From positions 241,552,001 to 241,616,000 of the forward strand of contig OZ024742.1 of NCBI GenBank assembly GCA_964016885.1: a stretch of DNA of 64,000 nt. The letters are read 5' to 3'. Position 1 is the stretch's first letter, and the number at the start of each line of letters is the position of its first letter. The DNA is from Eledone cirrhosa. Its lineage: Eukaryota. Under the pieces are notes generated by a model. The model did not search any database. It was not told where the DNA came from and was given only the letters and a program-made list of their open reading frames with translations. Below, piece after piece: positions 1 to 16,269 of this stretch. Made by a program: the position numbers and the translations under genes.

Positions 1-864
1 CAAACCACCAACAGAAATGGAACTCCAAGCCACCAACAGAAATGGAACTCCAAGCCACCAACAGAAATGGAACAAGCCACCAACTGAAATGGAACAACAA
101 GCCACCAACAGAAATGGAACTCCAAGCCACCAACAGAAATGGAACTCCAAGCCACCAACAGAAATGGAACTCCAAGCCACCAACAGAAATGGGACAACAA
201 GCCACCAACAGAAATGGAACTCCAAGCCACCAACAGAAATGGAACTCCAAGCCACCAACAGAAATGGAACTCCAAGCCACCAACAGAAATGGAACAACAA
301 GCCACCAACAGAAATGGAACTCCAAGCCACCAACAGAAATGGAACTCCAAGCCACCAACAGAGATGGAACTCCAAGCCACCAACAGAAATGGAACTCTAA
401 GCCACCAACTGAAATGTAACTCCAAGCCACCAACAGAAATGGAACAACAAGCCACCAACAGAAATGGAACTCCAAGCCACCAACAGAAATGGAACTCCAA
501 GCCACTAACAGAAATGGAACTCCAAGCCACCAACAGAAATGGAACTCCAAGCCATCAACATAAATGGAACTCTAAGCCACCAACATAAATGGAACTCTAA
601 GCCACCAACAGAAATGGAACTCCAAGCCACGAACAGAAATGGAATTCCAAGCCATCAACATAAATGGAACTATAAGCCACCAACAGAAATGGAACTCCAA
701 GCCACCAACAGAAATAGAACTCCAATCTACCAACAGAAATGGAACTCCAAGCCACCAACAGAAATGGAACTCCAAGCCACCAACAGAAATGGAACTCCAA
801 GCCACCAACAGAAATAGAACTCCAAGCCACTAACAGAAATGGAACGCCAAGCCACCAACAGAAA

Positions 865-3800
865 TGGAACTCCAAGCCACTAACAGAAATGGAACTCCAA
901 ACCACCAACAGAAATGGAACTTCAAGCCACCAACAGAAATGGAACAACAAGCCACCAACAGAAATGGAACTCCATGCCACCAACAGAAATGGAACTCCAA
1001 GCCACTAACAGAAATGGAACTCCAAGCCACCAACAGAAATGGAACTCCAAGCCATCAACAAAAATGGAACTCCAAGCCACCAACAGAAATGGAACTCCAA
1101 GCCACCAACAGAAATGGAACAACAAGCCACCAACAGAAATGGAAATCCAAGCCACCAACAGAAATGGAACTCCAAGCCACCAACAGAAATAGAACTCCAA
1201 TCTACAAACAGAAATGGAACTCCAAGCCACCAACAGAAATGGAACTCCAAGCCACTAACAGAAATGGAACTCCAAGCCACCAACAGAAATGGAACTCCAA
1301 GCCACCAACAGAAATGGAACTCCAAGCCACCAACATAAATGGAACTCCAAGCCACCAACATACATGGAACTCCAAGCCACCAACAGAAATGGAACTCCAA
1401 GCCACCAACATAAATGGAACTCCAAGCCACCTACAGAAATAGAACTCCAATCTACAAACAGAAATGGAACTCCAAGCCACCAACATAAATGGAACTCCAA
1501 GCCACCAACATAAATGGAACTCCAAGCCACCAACAGAAATGGAACTCCAAGCCACCAACAGAAATGGAACACCAAGCCACCAACAGAAATGGAACAACAA
1601 GCCACCAACAGAAATGGAACTCCAAGCCACCAACAGAAATGGAACTCCAAACCACCAACAGAAATTGAACTCCAAGCCACCAACAGAAATGGAATTCCAA
1701 GCCATCAACATAAATGGAACTCCAAGCCACCAACAGAAATGTAACTCCAAGCCACCAACAGACATGGAACTCCAAGCTACCAACAGAAATGGAACTCCAA
1801 GCCACTAACAGAAATGGAACTCCAAGCCAGCAACAGAAATGGAACTCCAAGCCAGCAACAGAAATGGAACTCCAAGCCACCAACAGAAATGGAACAACAA
1901 ACCACCAACAGAAATGGAACTCCAAGCCACCAACAGAAATGGAACTCCAAGCCAGCAACAGAAATGGAACTCCAAGCCACCAACAGAAATGGAACAACAA
2001 GCCACCAACAGAAATGGAACTCCAAGCCACCAACATAAATGGAACTCCAAGCCACCAACAGAAATGGAACAACAAGCCACCAACTGAAATGGAACAACAA
2101 GCCACCAACAGAAATGGAACTCCAAGCCACCAACAGAAATGGAACTCCAAGCCACCAACAGAAATGGAACTCCAAGCCACCAACAGAAATGGGACAACAA
2201 GCCACCAACAGAAATGGAACTCCAAGCCACCAACAGAAATGGAACTCCAAGCCACCAACAGAAATGGAACTCCAAGCCACCAACAGAAATGGAACAACAA
2301 GCCACCAACAGAAATGGAACTCCAAGCCACCAACAGAAATGGAACTCCAAGCCACCAACAGAAATGGAACTCCAAGCCACCAACAGAAATGGAACTCTAA
2401 GCCACCAACTGAAATGTAACTCCAAGCCACCAACAGAAATGGAACAACAAGCCACCAACAGAAATGGAACTCCAAGCCACCAACAGAAATGGAACTCCAA
2501 GCCACTAACAGAAATGGAACTCCAAGCCACCAACAGAAATGGAACTCCAAGCCATCAACATAAATGGAACTCTAAGCCACCAACAGAAATGGAACTCCAA
2601 GCCACTAACAGAAATGGAACTCCAAACCACCAACAGAAATGGAACTTCAAGCCACCAACAGAAATGGAACAACAAGCCACCAACAGAAATGGAACTCCAT
2701 GCCACCAACAGAAATGGAACTCCAAGCCACTAACAGAAATGGAACTCCAAGCCACCAACAGAAATGGAACTCCAAGCCATCAACAAAAATGGAACTCCAA
2801 GCCACCAACAGAAATGGAACTCCAAGCCACCAACAGAAATGGAACAACAAGCCACCAACAGAAATGGAAATCCAAGCCACCAACAGAAATGGAACTCCAA
2901 GCCACCAACAGAAATAGAACTCCAATCTACAAACAGAAATGGAACTCCAAGCCACCAACAGAAATGGAACTCCAAGCCACTAACAGAAATGGAACTCCAA
3001 GCCACCAACAGAAATGGAACTCCAAGCCACCAACAGAAATGGAACTCCAAGCCACCAACATAAATGGAACTCCAAGCCACCAACATACATGGAACTCCAA
3101 GCCACCAACAGAAATGGAACTCCAAGCCACCAACATAAATGGAACTCCAAGCCACCTACAGAAATAGAACTCCAATCTACAAACAGAAATGGAACTCCAA
3201 GCCACCAACATAAATGGAACTCCAAGCCACCAACATAAATGGAACTCCAAGCCACCAACAGAAATGGAACTCCAAGCCACCAACAGAAATGGAACACCAA
3301 GCCACCAACAGAAATGGAACAACAAGCCACCAACAGAAATGGAACTCCAAGCCACCAACAGAAATGGAACTCCAAACCACCAACAGAAATTGAACTCCAA
3401 GCCACCAACAGAAATGGAATTCCAAGCCATCAACATAAATGGAACTCCAAGCCACCAACAGAAATGGAACTCCAAGCCACCAACAGACATGGAACTCCAA
3501 GCTACCAACAGAAATGGAACTCCAAGCCACTAACAGAAATGGAACTCCAAGCCAGCAACAGAAATGGAACTCCAAGCCAGCAACAGAAATGGAACTCCAA
3601 GCCACCAACAGAAATGGAACAACAAACCACCAACAGAAATGGAACTCCAAGCCACCAACAGAAATGGAACTCCAAGCCAGCAACAGAAATGGAACTCCAA
3701 GCCACCAACAGAAATGGAACAACAAGCCACCAACAGAAATGGAACTCCAAGCCACCAACATAAATGGAACTCCAAGCCACCAACAGAAATGGAACAACAA

Positions 3801-4235
3801 GCCACCAACTGAAATGGAACAACAAGCCACCAACAGAAATGGAACTCCAAGCCACCAACAGAAATGGAACTCCAAGCCACCAACAGAAATGGAACTCCAA
3901 GCCACCAACAGAAATGGGACAACAAGCCACCAACAGAAATGGAACTCCAAGCCACCAACAGAAATGGAACTCCAAGCCACCAACAGAAATGGAACTCCAA
4001 GCCACCAACAGAAATGGAACAACAAGCCACCAACAGAAATGGAACTCCAAGCCACCAACAGAAATGGAACTCCAAGCCACCAACAGAAATGGAACTCCAA
4101 GCCACCAACAGAAATGGAACTCTAAGCCACCAACTGAAATGTAACTCCAAGCCACCAACAGAAATGGAACAACAAGCCACCAACAGAAATGGAACTCCAA
4201 GCCACCAACAGAAATGGAACTCCAAGCCACTAACA
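865..4235 (+). repeat. Higher-order duplication, period 1725 bp (69 monomers)
   Basis: Identical variant patterns and ORFs offset by 1725 (1039/2764, 1289/3014, 2039/3764). Confidence 0.9.
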
Positions 4236-5449
4236 GAAATAGAACTCCAATCTACCAACAGAAATGGAACTCCAAGCCACCAACAGAAATGGAACTCCAA
4301 GCCACTAACAGAATTGGAACTCCAAGCCACCAACAGAAATGGAACTCCAAGCCACCAACAGAAATGGAACTACAAGCCACCAACAGAAATGGAACTCCAA
4401 GCCACCAACAGAAATGGAACTCCAAGCCACCAACATAAATGGAACTCCAAGCCACCAACAGAAATGGAACTCCAAGCCACCAACAGAAATGGAACTCCAA
4501 GCCACCAACAGAAATAGAACTCCAAGCCACTAACAGAAATGGAACGCCAAGCCACCAACAGAAATGGAACTCCAAGCCACCAACATAAATGGAATTCCAA
4601 GCCACCAACATAAATGGAACTCCAAGCCACCAACAGAAATGGAACTCCAAGCCACCAACAGAAATGGAACTCCAAGCCACCAACAGAAATGGAACAACAA
4701 GCCACCAACATAAATGGAACTCCAAGCCACCTACAGAAATAGAACTCCAATCTACAAACAGAAATGGAACTCCAAGCCACCAACAGAAATGAAACTCCAA
4801 GCCAATAACAGAAATTGAACTCCAAGTCACCAACAGAAGGAGAACTCCAAGCCACCAACAGAAATGGAACTCCAAGCCACCAACAGAAATGGAACTCCAA
4901 GCCACCAACAGAAATGGAACTCCAAGCTACCAACAGAAATGGAATTCCAAGCCACTAACAGAAATGGAACTCCAAGCCACCAACAGAAATGGAACTCCAA
5001 GCCAGCAACAGAAATGGAACCCCAAGCCACCAACAGAAATGGAACAACAAACCACCAACAGAAATGGAACTCCAAGCCACCAACAGAAATGGAACTCCAA
5101 GCCAGCAACAGAAATGGAACTCCAAGCCACCAACAGAAATGGAACAACAAGCCACCAACAGAAATGGAACTCCAAGCCACCAACATAAATGGAACTCCAA
5201 GCCACCAACAGAAATGGAACAACAAGCCACCAACTGAAATGGAACAACAAGCCACCAACAGAAATGGAACTCCAAGCCACCAACAGAAATGGAACTCCAA
5301 GCCACCAACAGAAATGGAACTCCAAGCCACCAACAGAAATGGGACAACAAGCCACCAACAGAAATGGAACTCCAAGCCACCAACAGAAATGGAACTCCAA
5401 GCCACCAACAGAAATGGAACTCCAAGCCACCAACAGAAATGGAACAACA

Positions 5450-8400
5450 AGCCACCAACAGAAATGGAACTCCAAGCCACCAACAGAAATGGAACTCCAA
5501 GCCACCAACAGAAATGGAACTCCAAGCCACCAACAGAAATGGAACTCTAAGCCACCAACTTAAAATGTAACTCCAAGCCACCAACAGAAATGGAACAACA
5601 AGCCACCAACAGAAATGGAACTCCAAGCCACCAACAGAAATGGAACTCCAAGCCACTAACAGAAATGGAACACCAAGGCACCAACAGAAATGGAACTCCA
5701 AGCCATCAACATAAATGGAATTCTAAGCCACCAACAGAAATGGAACTCCAAGCCACGAACAGAAATGGAACAACAAGCCACCACCAGAAATGGAAATCCA
5801 AGCCACCAACAGAAATGGAACTCCAAGCCACCAACAGAAATAGAACTCCAATCTACCAACAGAAATGGAACTCCAAGCCACCAACAGAAATGGAACTCCA
5901 AGCCACCAACAGAAATGGAACTCCAAGCCACTAACAGAAATGGAACTCCAAGCGACTAACAGAATTGGAACTCCAAGCCACCAACAGAAATGGAACTCCA
6001 AGCCACCAACAGAAATGGAACTCCAAGCCACCAACAGAAATGGAACTCCAAGCCACCAACAGAAATAGAACTCCAAGCCACTAACAGAAATGGAACGCCA
6101 AGCCACCAACAGAAATGGAACTCCAAGCCACTAACAGAAATGGAACTCCAAACCACCAACAGAAATGGAACTTCAAGCCACCAACAGAAATGGAACAACA
6201 AGCCACCAACAGAAATGGAACTCCAGGCCACCAACAGAAATGGAACTCCAAGCCACTAACAGAAATGGAACTCCAAGCCACCAACAGAAATGGAACTCCA
6301 AGCCATCAACAAAAATGGAACTCCAAGCCACCAACAGAAATGGAACTCCAAGCCACCAACAGAAATGGAACAACAAGCCACCAACAGAAATGGAAATCCA
6401 AGCCACCAACAGAAATGGAACTCCAAGCCACCAACAGAAATAGAACTCCAATCTACAAACAGAAATGGAACTCCAAGCCACCAACAGAAATGGAACTCCA
6501 AGCCACTAACAGAAATGGAACTCCAAGCCACCAACAGAAATGGAACTCGAAGCCACCAACAGAAATGGAACTCCAAGCCACTAACAGAAATGGAACTCCA
6601 AGCCACCAACAGAAATGGAACTCCAAGCCACCAACAGAAATGGAACTCCAAGCCACCAACATAAATGGAACTCCAAGCCACCAACATACATGGAACTCCA
6701 AGCCACCAACAGAAATGGAACTCCAAGCCACCAACATAAATGGAACTCCAAGCCACCTACAGAAATAGAACTCCAATCTACAAACAGAAATGGAACTCCA
6801 AGCCACCAACATAAATGGAACTCCAAGCCACCAACATAAATGGAACTCCAAGCCACCAACAGAAATGGAACTCCAAGCCACCAACAGAAATGGAACTCCA
6901 AGCCACCAACAGAAATGGAACAACAAGCCACCAACAGAAATGGAACTCCAAGCCACCAACAGAAATGGAACTCCAAACCACCAACAGAAATTGAACTCCA
7001 AGCCACCAACAGAAATGGAACAACAAGCCACCAACAGAAATGGAACGCCAAGCCACCAACAGAAATGGAAATCCAAGCCACCAACAGAAATGGAACTCCA
7101 AGCCACCAACAGAAATGGAACTCCAAGCCACCAACAGAAATAGAACTCCAAGCCACTAACAGAAATGGAACGCCAAGCCACCAACAGAAATGGAACTCCA
7201 AGCCACCAACATAAATGGAATTCCAAGCCACCAACATAAATGGAACTCCAAGCCACCAACAGAAATGGAACTCCAAGCCACCAACAGAAATGGAACTCCA
7301 AGCCACCAACAGAAATGGAACAACAAGCCACCAACATAAATGGAATTCCAAGCCACCAACATAAATGGAACTCCAAGCCACCAACAGAAATGGAACTCCA
7401 AGCCATCAACATATATGGAACTCCAAGCCACCAACAGAAATGGAACTCCAAGCCACCAACAGAAATGGAACTCCAGGCCACCAACAGAAATTGAACTCCA
7501 AGCCACCAACAGAAATGGAACTCCAAGCCACCAACAGAAATGGAACTCCAAGCCACCAACAGAAATGGAACTCCAAGCCAATAACAGAAATGGAACTCCA
7601 AGCCACCAACAGAAATGGAACACCAAGCCACCAACAGAAATGGAACTCCAAGCCACCTACAGAAATAGAACTCCAATCTACAAACAGAAATGGAACTCCA
7701 AGCCACCAACATAAATGGAACTCCAAGCCACCAACATAAATGGAACTCCAAGCCACCAACAGAAATGGAACTCCAAGCCACCAACAGAAATGGAACTCCA
7801 AGCCACCAACAGAAATGGAACAACAAGCCACCAACAGAAATGGAACTCCAAGCCACCAACAGAAATGGAACTCCAAACCACCAACAGAAATTGAACTCCA
7901 AGCCACCAACAGAAATGGAACTCCAAGCCATCAACATAAATGGAACTCCAAGCCACCAACAGAAATGGAACTCCAAGCCACCAACAGAAATGGAACTCCA
8001 GGCCACCAACAGAAATGGAACTCCAAGCCACCAACAGAAATGGAACTCCAAGCCAATAACAGAAATGGAACTCCAAGCCACCAACAGAAATGGAACACCA
8101 AGCCACCAACAGAAATGGAACTGCAAGCCACCAACAGAAATGGAACTCCAAACCACCAACAGAAATGGAACACCAAGCCACCAACAGAAATGGAACTCCA
8201 AGCCACCAACAACAATGGAACTCCAAGCCACCAACAGAAATGGAACTCCAAGCCACCAACAGAAATGGAACTACAAGCCATGAACTGAAACGGAACTCCA
8301 AGCCACCAACAGAAATGGAACTCCAAGCCACCAACAGAAATGGAACCCCAAGCCACCAACAGAAATGGAACACCAAGCCACCAACAGAAATTGAACTCCA

Positions 8401-11400
8401 AGTCACTAACAGAATTGGAACTCTAAGCCACTAACAGAAATGGAAATCCAAGCCACCAACAGAAATGAAACTCCAAGCCAATAACAGAAATTGAACTCCA
8501 AGTCACCAACAGAAGTAGAACTCCAAGCCACTAACAGAAATGGAACTCCAAGCCACCAACAGAAATGGAACTCCAAGCCAGCAACAGAAATGGAACTCCA
8601 AGCCACCAACAGAAATGGAACAACAAACCACCAACAGAAATGGAACTCCAAGCCACCAACAGAAATGGAACTCCAAGCCAGCAACAGAAATGGATCTCCA
8701 AGCCACCAACAGAAATGGAACAACAAGCCACCCACAGAAATGGAACTCCAAGCCACCAACATAAATGGAACTCCAAGCCACCAACAGAAATGGAACAACA
8801 AGCCACCAACTGAAATGGAACAACAAGCCACCAACAGAAATGGAACTCCAAGCCACCAACAGAAATGGAACTCCAAGCCACCAACAGAAATGGAACTCCA
8901 AGCCACCAACAGAAATGGGACAACAAGCCACCAACAGAAATGGAACTCCAAGCCACCAACAGAAATGGAACTCCAAGCCACCAACAGAAATGGAACTCCA
9001 AGCCACCAACAGAAATGGAACAACAAGCCACCAACAGAAATGGAACTCCAAGCCACCAACAGAAATGGAACTCCAAGCCACCAACAGAAATGGAACTCCA
9101 AGCCACCAACAGAAATGGAACTCTAAGCCACCAACTGAAATGTAACTCCAAGCCACCAACAGAAATGGAACAACAAGCCACCAACAGAAATGGAACTCCA
9201 AGCCACCAACAGAAATGGAACTCCAAGCCACTAACAGAAATGGAACTCCAAGGCACCAACAGAAATGGAACTCTAAGCCACCAACAGAAATGGAACTCCA
9301 AGCCACGAACAGAAATGGAACAACAAGCCACCACCAGAAATGGAAATCCAAGCCACCAACAGAAATGGAACTCCAAGCCACCAACAGAAATAGAACTCCA
9401 ATCTACCAACAGAAATGGAACTCCAAGCCACCAACAGAAATGGAACTCCAAGCCACCAACAGAAATAGAACTCCAATCTACCAACAGAAATGGAACTCCA
9501 AGCCACCAACAGAAATGGAACTCCAAGCCACCAACAGAAATGGAACTCCAAGCCACCAACAGAAATGGAACTCTAAGCCACCAACTGAAATGTAACTCCA
9601 AGCCACCAACAGAAATGGAACAACAAGCCACCAACAGAAATGGAACTCCAAGCCACCAACAGAAATGGAACTCCAAGCCACTAACAGAAATGGAACTCCA
9701 AGGCACCAACAGAAATGGAACTCCAAGCCATCAACAGAAATGGAACAACAAGCCACCAACAGAAATGGAACTCCAAGCCACCAACAGAAATGGAACTCCA
9801 AGCCACTAACAGAAATGGAACTCCAAGGCACCAACAGAAATGGAACTCCAAGCCATCAACATAAATGGAACTCTAAGCCACGAACAGAAATGGAACTCCA
9901 AGCCACCAACAGAAATGGAACAACAAGCCACCAACAGAAATGGAACTCCAAGCCACCAACAGAAATGGAACTCCAAGCCACTAACAGAAATGGAACTCCA
10001 AGGCACCAACAGAAATGGAACTCCAAGCCATCAACATAAATGGAACTCTAAGCCACGAACAGAAATGGAACTCCAAGCCACGAACAGAAATGGAACAACA
10101 AGCCACCAACAGAAATGGAACTCCAAGCCACCAACAGAAATGGAACTCCAAGCCACCAACAGAAATGGAACTCCAAGCCACCAACAGAAATGGAACAACA
10201 AGCCACCAACAGAAATGGAACTCCAAGCCACGAACAGAAATGGAACAACAAGCCACCAACAGAAATGGAACTCCAAGCCACCAACAGAAATGGAACTCCA
10301 AGCCACCAACAGAAATGGAACTCCAAGCCACGAACAGAAATGGAACAACAAGCCACCAACAGAAATGGAACTCCAAGCCACTAACAGAAATGGAACTCCA
10401 AGCCACCAACAGAAATGGAACTCTAAGCCACCAACTGAAATGTAACTCCAAGCCACCAACAGAAATGGAACAACAAGCCACCAACAGAAATGGAACTCCA
10501 AGCCACCACCAGAAATGGAAATCCAAGCCACCAACAGAAATGGAACTCCAAGCCACCAACAGAAGTAGAACTCCAATCTACCAACAGAAATGGAACTCCA
10601 AGCCACCAACAGAAATGGAACTCCAAGCCACCAACAGAAATAGAACTCCAAGCCACCACCAGAAATGGAACTCCAAGCCACTAACAGAATTGGAACTCCA
10701 AACCACCAACAGAAATTGAACTCCAAGCCACCAACAGAAATGGAACTCCAAGCCACCAACAGAAATGGAACTCCAAGCCACCAACATAAATGGAACTCCA
10801 AACCACCAACAGAAATGGAACTCCAAGCCACCAACAGAAATGGAACTCCAAGCCACCAACAGAAATGGAACAACAAGCCACCAACAGAAATGGAACTCCA
10901 AGCCACCAACAGAAATGGAACTCCAAGCCACCAACAGAAATGGAACTCCAAGCCACCAACAGAAATGGAACTCTAAGCCACCAACTTAAAATGTAACTCC
11001 AAGCCACCAACAGAAATGGAACAACAAGCCACCAACAGAAATGGAACTCCAAGCCACCAACAGAAATGGAACTCCAAGCCACTAACAGAAATGGAACACC
11101 AAGGCACCAACAGAAATGGAACTCCAAGCCATCAACATAAATGGAATTCTAAGCCACCAACAGAAATGGAACTCCAAGCCACGAACAGAAATGGAACAAC
11201 AAGCCACCACCAGAAATGGAAATCCAAGCCACCAACAGAAATGGAACTCCAAGCCACCAACAGAAATAGAACTCCAATCTACCAACAGAAATGGAACTCC
11301 AAGCCACCAACAGAAATGGAACTCCAAGCCACCAACAGAAATGGAACTCCAAGCCACTAACAGAAATGGAACTCCAAGCGACTAACAGAATTGGAACTCC

Positions 11401-14400
11401 AAGCCACCAACAGAAATGGAACTCCAAGCCACCAACAGAAATGGAACTCCAAGCCACCAACAGAAATGGAACTCCAAGCCACCAACAGAAATAGAACTCC
11501 AAGCCACTAACAGAAATGGAACGCCAAGCCACCAACAGAAATGGAACTCCAAGCCACTAACAGAAATGGAACTCCAAACCACCAACAGAAATGGAACTTC
11601 AAGCCACCAACAGAAATGGAACAACAAGCCACCAACAGAAATGGAACTCCAGGCCACCAACAGAAATGGAACTCCAAGCCACTAACAGAAATGGAACTCC
11701 AAGCCACCAACAGAAATGGAACTCCAAGCCATCAACAAAAATGGAACTCCAAGCCACCAACAGAAATGGAACTCCAAGCCACCAACAGAAATGGAACAAC
11801 AAGCCACCAACAGAAATGGAAATCCAAGCCACCAACAGAAATGGAACTCCAAGCCACCAACAGAAATAGAACTCCAATCTACAAACAGAAATGGAACTCC
11901 AAGCCACCAACAGAAATGGAACTCCAAGCCACTAACAGAAATGGAACTCCAAGCCACCAACAGAAATGGAACTCCAAGCCACCAACAGAAATGGAACTCC
12001 AAGCCACTAACAGAAATGGAACTCCAAGCCACCAACAGAAATGGAACTCCAAGCCACCAACAGAAATGGAACTCCAAGCCACCAACATAAATGGAACTCC
12101 AAGCCACCAACATACATGGAACTCCAAGCCACCAACAGAAATGGAACTCCAAGCCACCAACATAAATGGAACTCCAAGCCACCTACAGAAATAGAACTCC
12201 AATCTACAAACAGAAATGGAACTCCAAGCCACCAACATAAATGGAACTCCAAGCCACCAACATAAATGGAACTCCAAGCCACCAACAGAAATGGAACTCC
12301 AAGCCACCAACAGAAATGGAACTCCAAGCCACCAACAGAAATGGAACAACAAGCCACCAACAGAAATGGAACTCCAAGCCACCAACAGAAATGGAACTCC
12401 AAACCACCAACAGAAATTGAACTCCAAGCCACCAACAGAAATGGAACAACAAACCACCAACAGAAATGGAACGCCAAGCCACCAACAGAAATGGAAATCC
12501 AAGCCACCAACAGAAATGGAACTCCAAGCCACCAACAGAAATGGAACTCCAAGCCACCAACAGAAATAGAACTCCAAGCCACTAACAGAAATGGAACGCC
12601 AAGCCACCAACAGAAATGGAACTCCAAGCCACCAACATAAATGGAATTCCAAGCCACCAACATAAATGGAACTCCAAGCCACCAACAGAAATGGAACTCC
12701 AAGCCACCAACAGAAATGGAACTCCAAGCCACCAACAGAAATGGAACAACAAGCCACCAACATAAATGGAATTCCAAGCCACCAACATAAATGGAACTCC
12801 AAGCCACCAACAGAAATGGAACTCCAAGCCATCAACATATATGGAACTCCAAGCCACCAACAGAAATGGAACTCCAAGCCACCAACAGAAATGGAACTCC
12901 AGGCCACCAACAGAAATTGAACTCCAAGCCACCAACAGAAATGGAACTCCAAGCCACCAACAGAAATGGAACTCCAAGCCACCAACAGAAATGGAACTCC
13001 AAGCCAATAACAGAAATGGAACTCCAAGCCACCAACAGAAATGGAACACCAAGCCACCAACAGAAATGGAACTCCAAGCCACCTACAGAAATAGAACTCC
13101 AATCTACAAACAGAAATGGAACTCCAAGCCACCAACATAAATGGAACTCCAAGCCACCAACATAAATGGAACTCCAAGCCACCAACAGAAATGGAACTCC
13201 AAGCCACCAACAGAAATGGAACTCCAAGCCACCAACAGAAATGGAACAACAAGCCACCAACAGAAATGGAACTCCAAGCCACCAACAGAAATGGAACTCC
13301 AAACCACCAACAGAAATTGAACTCCAAGCCACCAACAGAAATGGAACTCCAAGCCATCAACATAAATGGAACTCCAAGCCACCAACAGAAATGGAACTCC
13401 AAGCCACCAACAGAAATGGAACTCCAGGCCACCAACAGAAATGGAACTCCAAGCCACCAACAGAAATGGAACTCCAAGCCAATAACAGAAATGGAACTCC
13501 AAGCCACCAACAGAAATGGAACACCAAGCCACCAACAGAAATGGAACTGCAAGCCACCAACAGAAATGGAACTCCAAACCACCAACAGAAATGGAACACC
13601 AAGCCACCAACAGAAATGGAACTCCAAGCCACCAACAACAATGGAACTCCAAGCCACCAACAGAAATGGAACTCCAAGCCACCAACAGAAATGGAACTAC
13701 AAGCCATGAACTGAAACGGAACTCCAAGCCACCAACAGAAATGGAACTCCAAGCCACCAACAGAAATGGAACCCCAAGCCACCAACAGAAATGGAACACC
13801 AAGCCACCAACAGAAATTGAACTCCAAGTCACTAACAGAATTGGAACTCTAAGCCACTAACAGAAATGGAAATCCAAGCCACCAACAGAAATGAAACTCC
13901 AAGCCAATAACAGAAATTGAACTCCAAGTCACCAACAGAAGTAGAACTCCAAGCCACTAACAGAAATGGAACTCCAAGCCACCAACAGAAATGGAACTCC
14001 AAGCCAGCAACAGAAATGGAACTCCAAGCCACCAACAGAAATGGAACAACAAACCACCAACAGAAATGGAACTCCAAGCCACCAACAGAAATGGAACTCC
14101 AAGTCAGCAACAGAAATGGATCTCCAAGCCACCAACAGAAATGGAACAACAAGCCACCCACAGAAATGGAACTCCAAGCCACCAACATAAATGGAACTCC
14201 AAGCCACCAACAGAAATGGAACAACAAGCCACCAACTGAAATGGAACAACAAGCCACCAACAGAAATGGAACTCCAAGCCACCAACAGAAATGGAACTCC
14301 AAGCCACCAACAGAAATGGAACTCCAAGCCACCAACAGAAATGGGACAACAAGCCACCAACAGAAATGGAACTCCAAGCCACCAACAGAAATGGAACTCC

Positions 14401-16220
14401 AAGCCACCAACAGAAATGGAACTCCAAGCCACCAACAGAAATGGAACAACAAGCCACCAACAGAAATGGAACTCCAAGCCACCAACAGAAATGGAACTCC
14501 AAGCCACCAACAGAAATGGAACTCCAAGCCACCAACAGAAATGGAACTCTAAGCCACCAACTGAAATGTAACTCCAAGCCACCAACAGAAATGGAACAAC
14601 AAGCCACCAACAGAAATGGAACTCCAAGCCACCAACAGAAATGGAACTCCAAGCCACTAACAGAAATGGAACTCCAAGGCACCAACAGAAATGGAACTCT
14701 AAGCCACCAACAGAAATGGAACTCCAAGCCACGAACAGAAATGGAACAACAAGCCACCACCAGAAATGGAAATCCAAGCCACCAACAGAAATGGAACTCC
14801 AAGCCACCAACAGAAATAGAACTCCAATCTACCAACAGAAATGGAACTCCAAGCCACCAACAGAAATGGAACTCCAAGCCACCAACAGAAATAGAACTCC
14901 AATCTACCAACAGAAATGGAACTCCAAGCCACCAACAGAAATGGAACTCCAAGCCACCAACAGAAATGGAACTCCAAGCCACCAACAGAAATGGAACTCT
15001 AAGCCACCAACTGAAATGTAACTCCAAGCCACCAACAGAAATGGAACAACAAGCCACCAACAGAAATGGAACTCCAAGCCACCAACAGAAATGGAACTCC
15101 AAGCCACTAACAGAAATGGAACTCCAAGGCACCAACAGAAATGGAACTCCAAGCCATCAACATAAATGGAACTCTAAGCCACCAACAGAAACGGAACTCC
15201 AAGCCACGAACAGAAATGGAACAACAAGCCACCAACAGAAATGGAACTCCAAGCCACCAACAGAAATGGAACTCCAAGCCACCAACAGAAATGGAACTCC
15301 AAGCCACCAACAGAAATGGAACAACAAGCCACCAACAGAAATGGAACTCCAAGCCACCAACAGAAATGGAACTCCAAGCCACTAACAGAAATGGAACTCC
15401 AAGGCACCAACAGAAATGGAACTCCAAGCCATCAACATAAATGGAACTCTAAGCCACGAACAGAAATGGAACTCCAAGCCACGAACAGAAATGGAACAAC
15501 AAGCCACCAACAGAAATGGAACTCCAAGCCACCAACAGAAATGGAACTCCAAGCCACCAACAGAAATGGAACTCCAAGCCACCAACAGAAATGGAACAAC
15601 AAGCCACCAACAGAAATGGAACTCCAAGCCACGAACAGAAATGGAACAACAAGCCACCAACAGAAATGGAACTCCAAGCCACCAACAGAAATGGAACTCC
15701 AAGCCACCAACAGAAATGGAACTCCAAGCCACGAACAGAAATGGAACAACAAGCCACCAACAGAAATGGAACTCCAAGCCACCAACAGAAATGGAACTCC
15801 AAGCCACCAACAGAAATGGAACTCTAAGCCACCAACTGAAATGTAACTCCAAGCCACCAACAGAAATGGAACAACAAGCCACCAACAGAAATGGAACTCC
15901 AAGCCACCACCAGAAATGGAAATCCAAGCCACCAACAGAAATGGAACTCCAAGCCACCAACAGAAGTAGAACTCCAATCTACCAACAGAAATGGAACTCC
16001 AAGCCACCAACAGAAATGGAACTCCAAGCCACCAACAGAAATAGAACTCCAAGCCACCACCAGAAATGGAACTCCAAGCCACTAACAGAATTGGAACTCC
16101 AAACCACCAACAGAAATTGAACTCCAAGCCACCAACAGAAATGGAACTCCAAGCCACCAACAGAAATGGAACTCCAAGCCACCAACATAAATGGAACTCC
16201 AAACCACCAACAGAAATGGA
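5450..16220 (+). repeat. Higher-order duplication, period about 5426 bp (217 monomers + 1 bp)
   Basis: Identical ORFs offset by 5426 (5590/11016, 6453/11879, 8865/14291). Both copies carry the same +1 insertion monomer (CAACTTAAAATGTAAC) near 5560 and 10986. The offset shifts to 5401 distally (10015/15416). Confidence 0.92.
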
Positions 16221-16269
16221 ACTCCAAGCCACCAACAGAAATGGAACTCCAGGCCACCAACAGAAATGG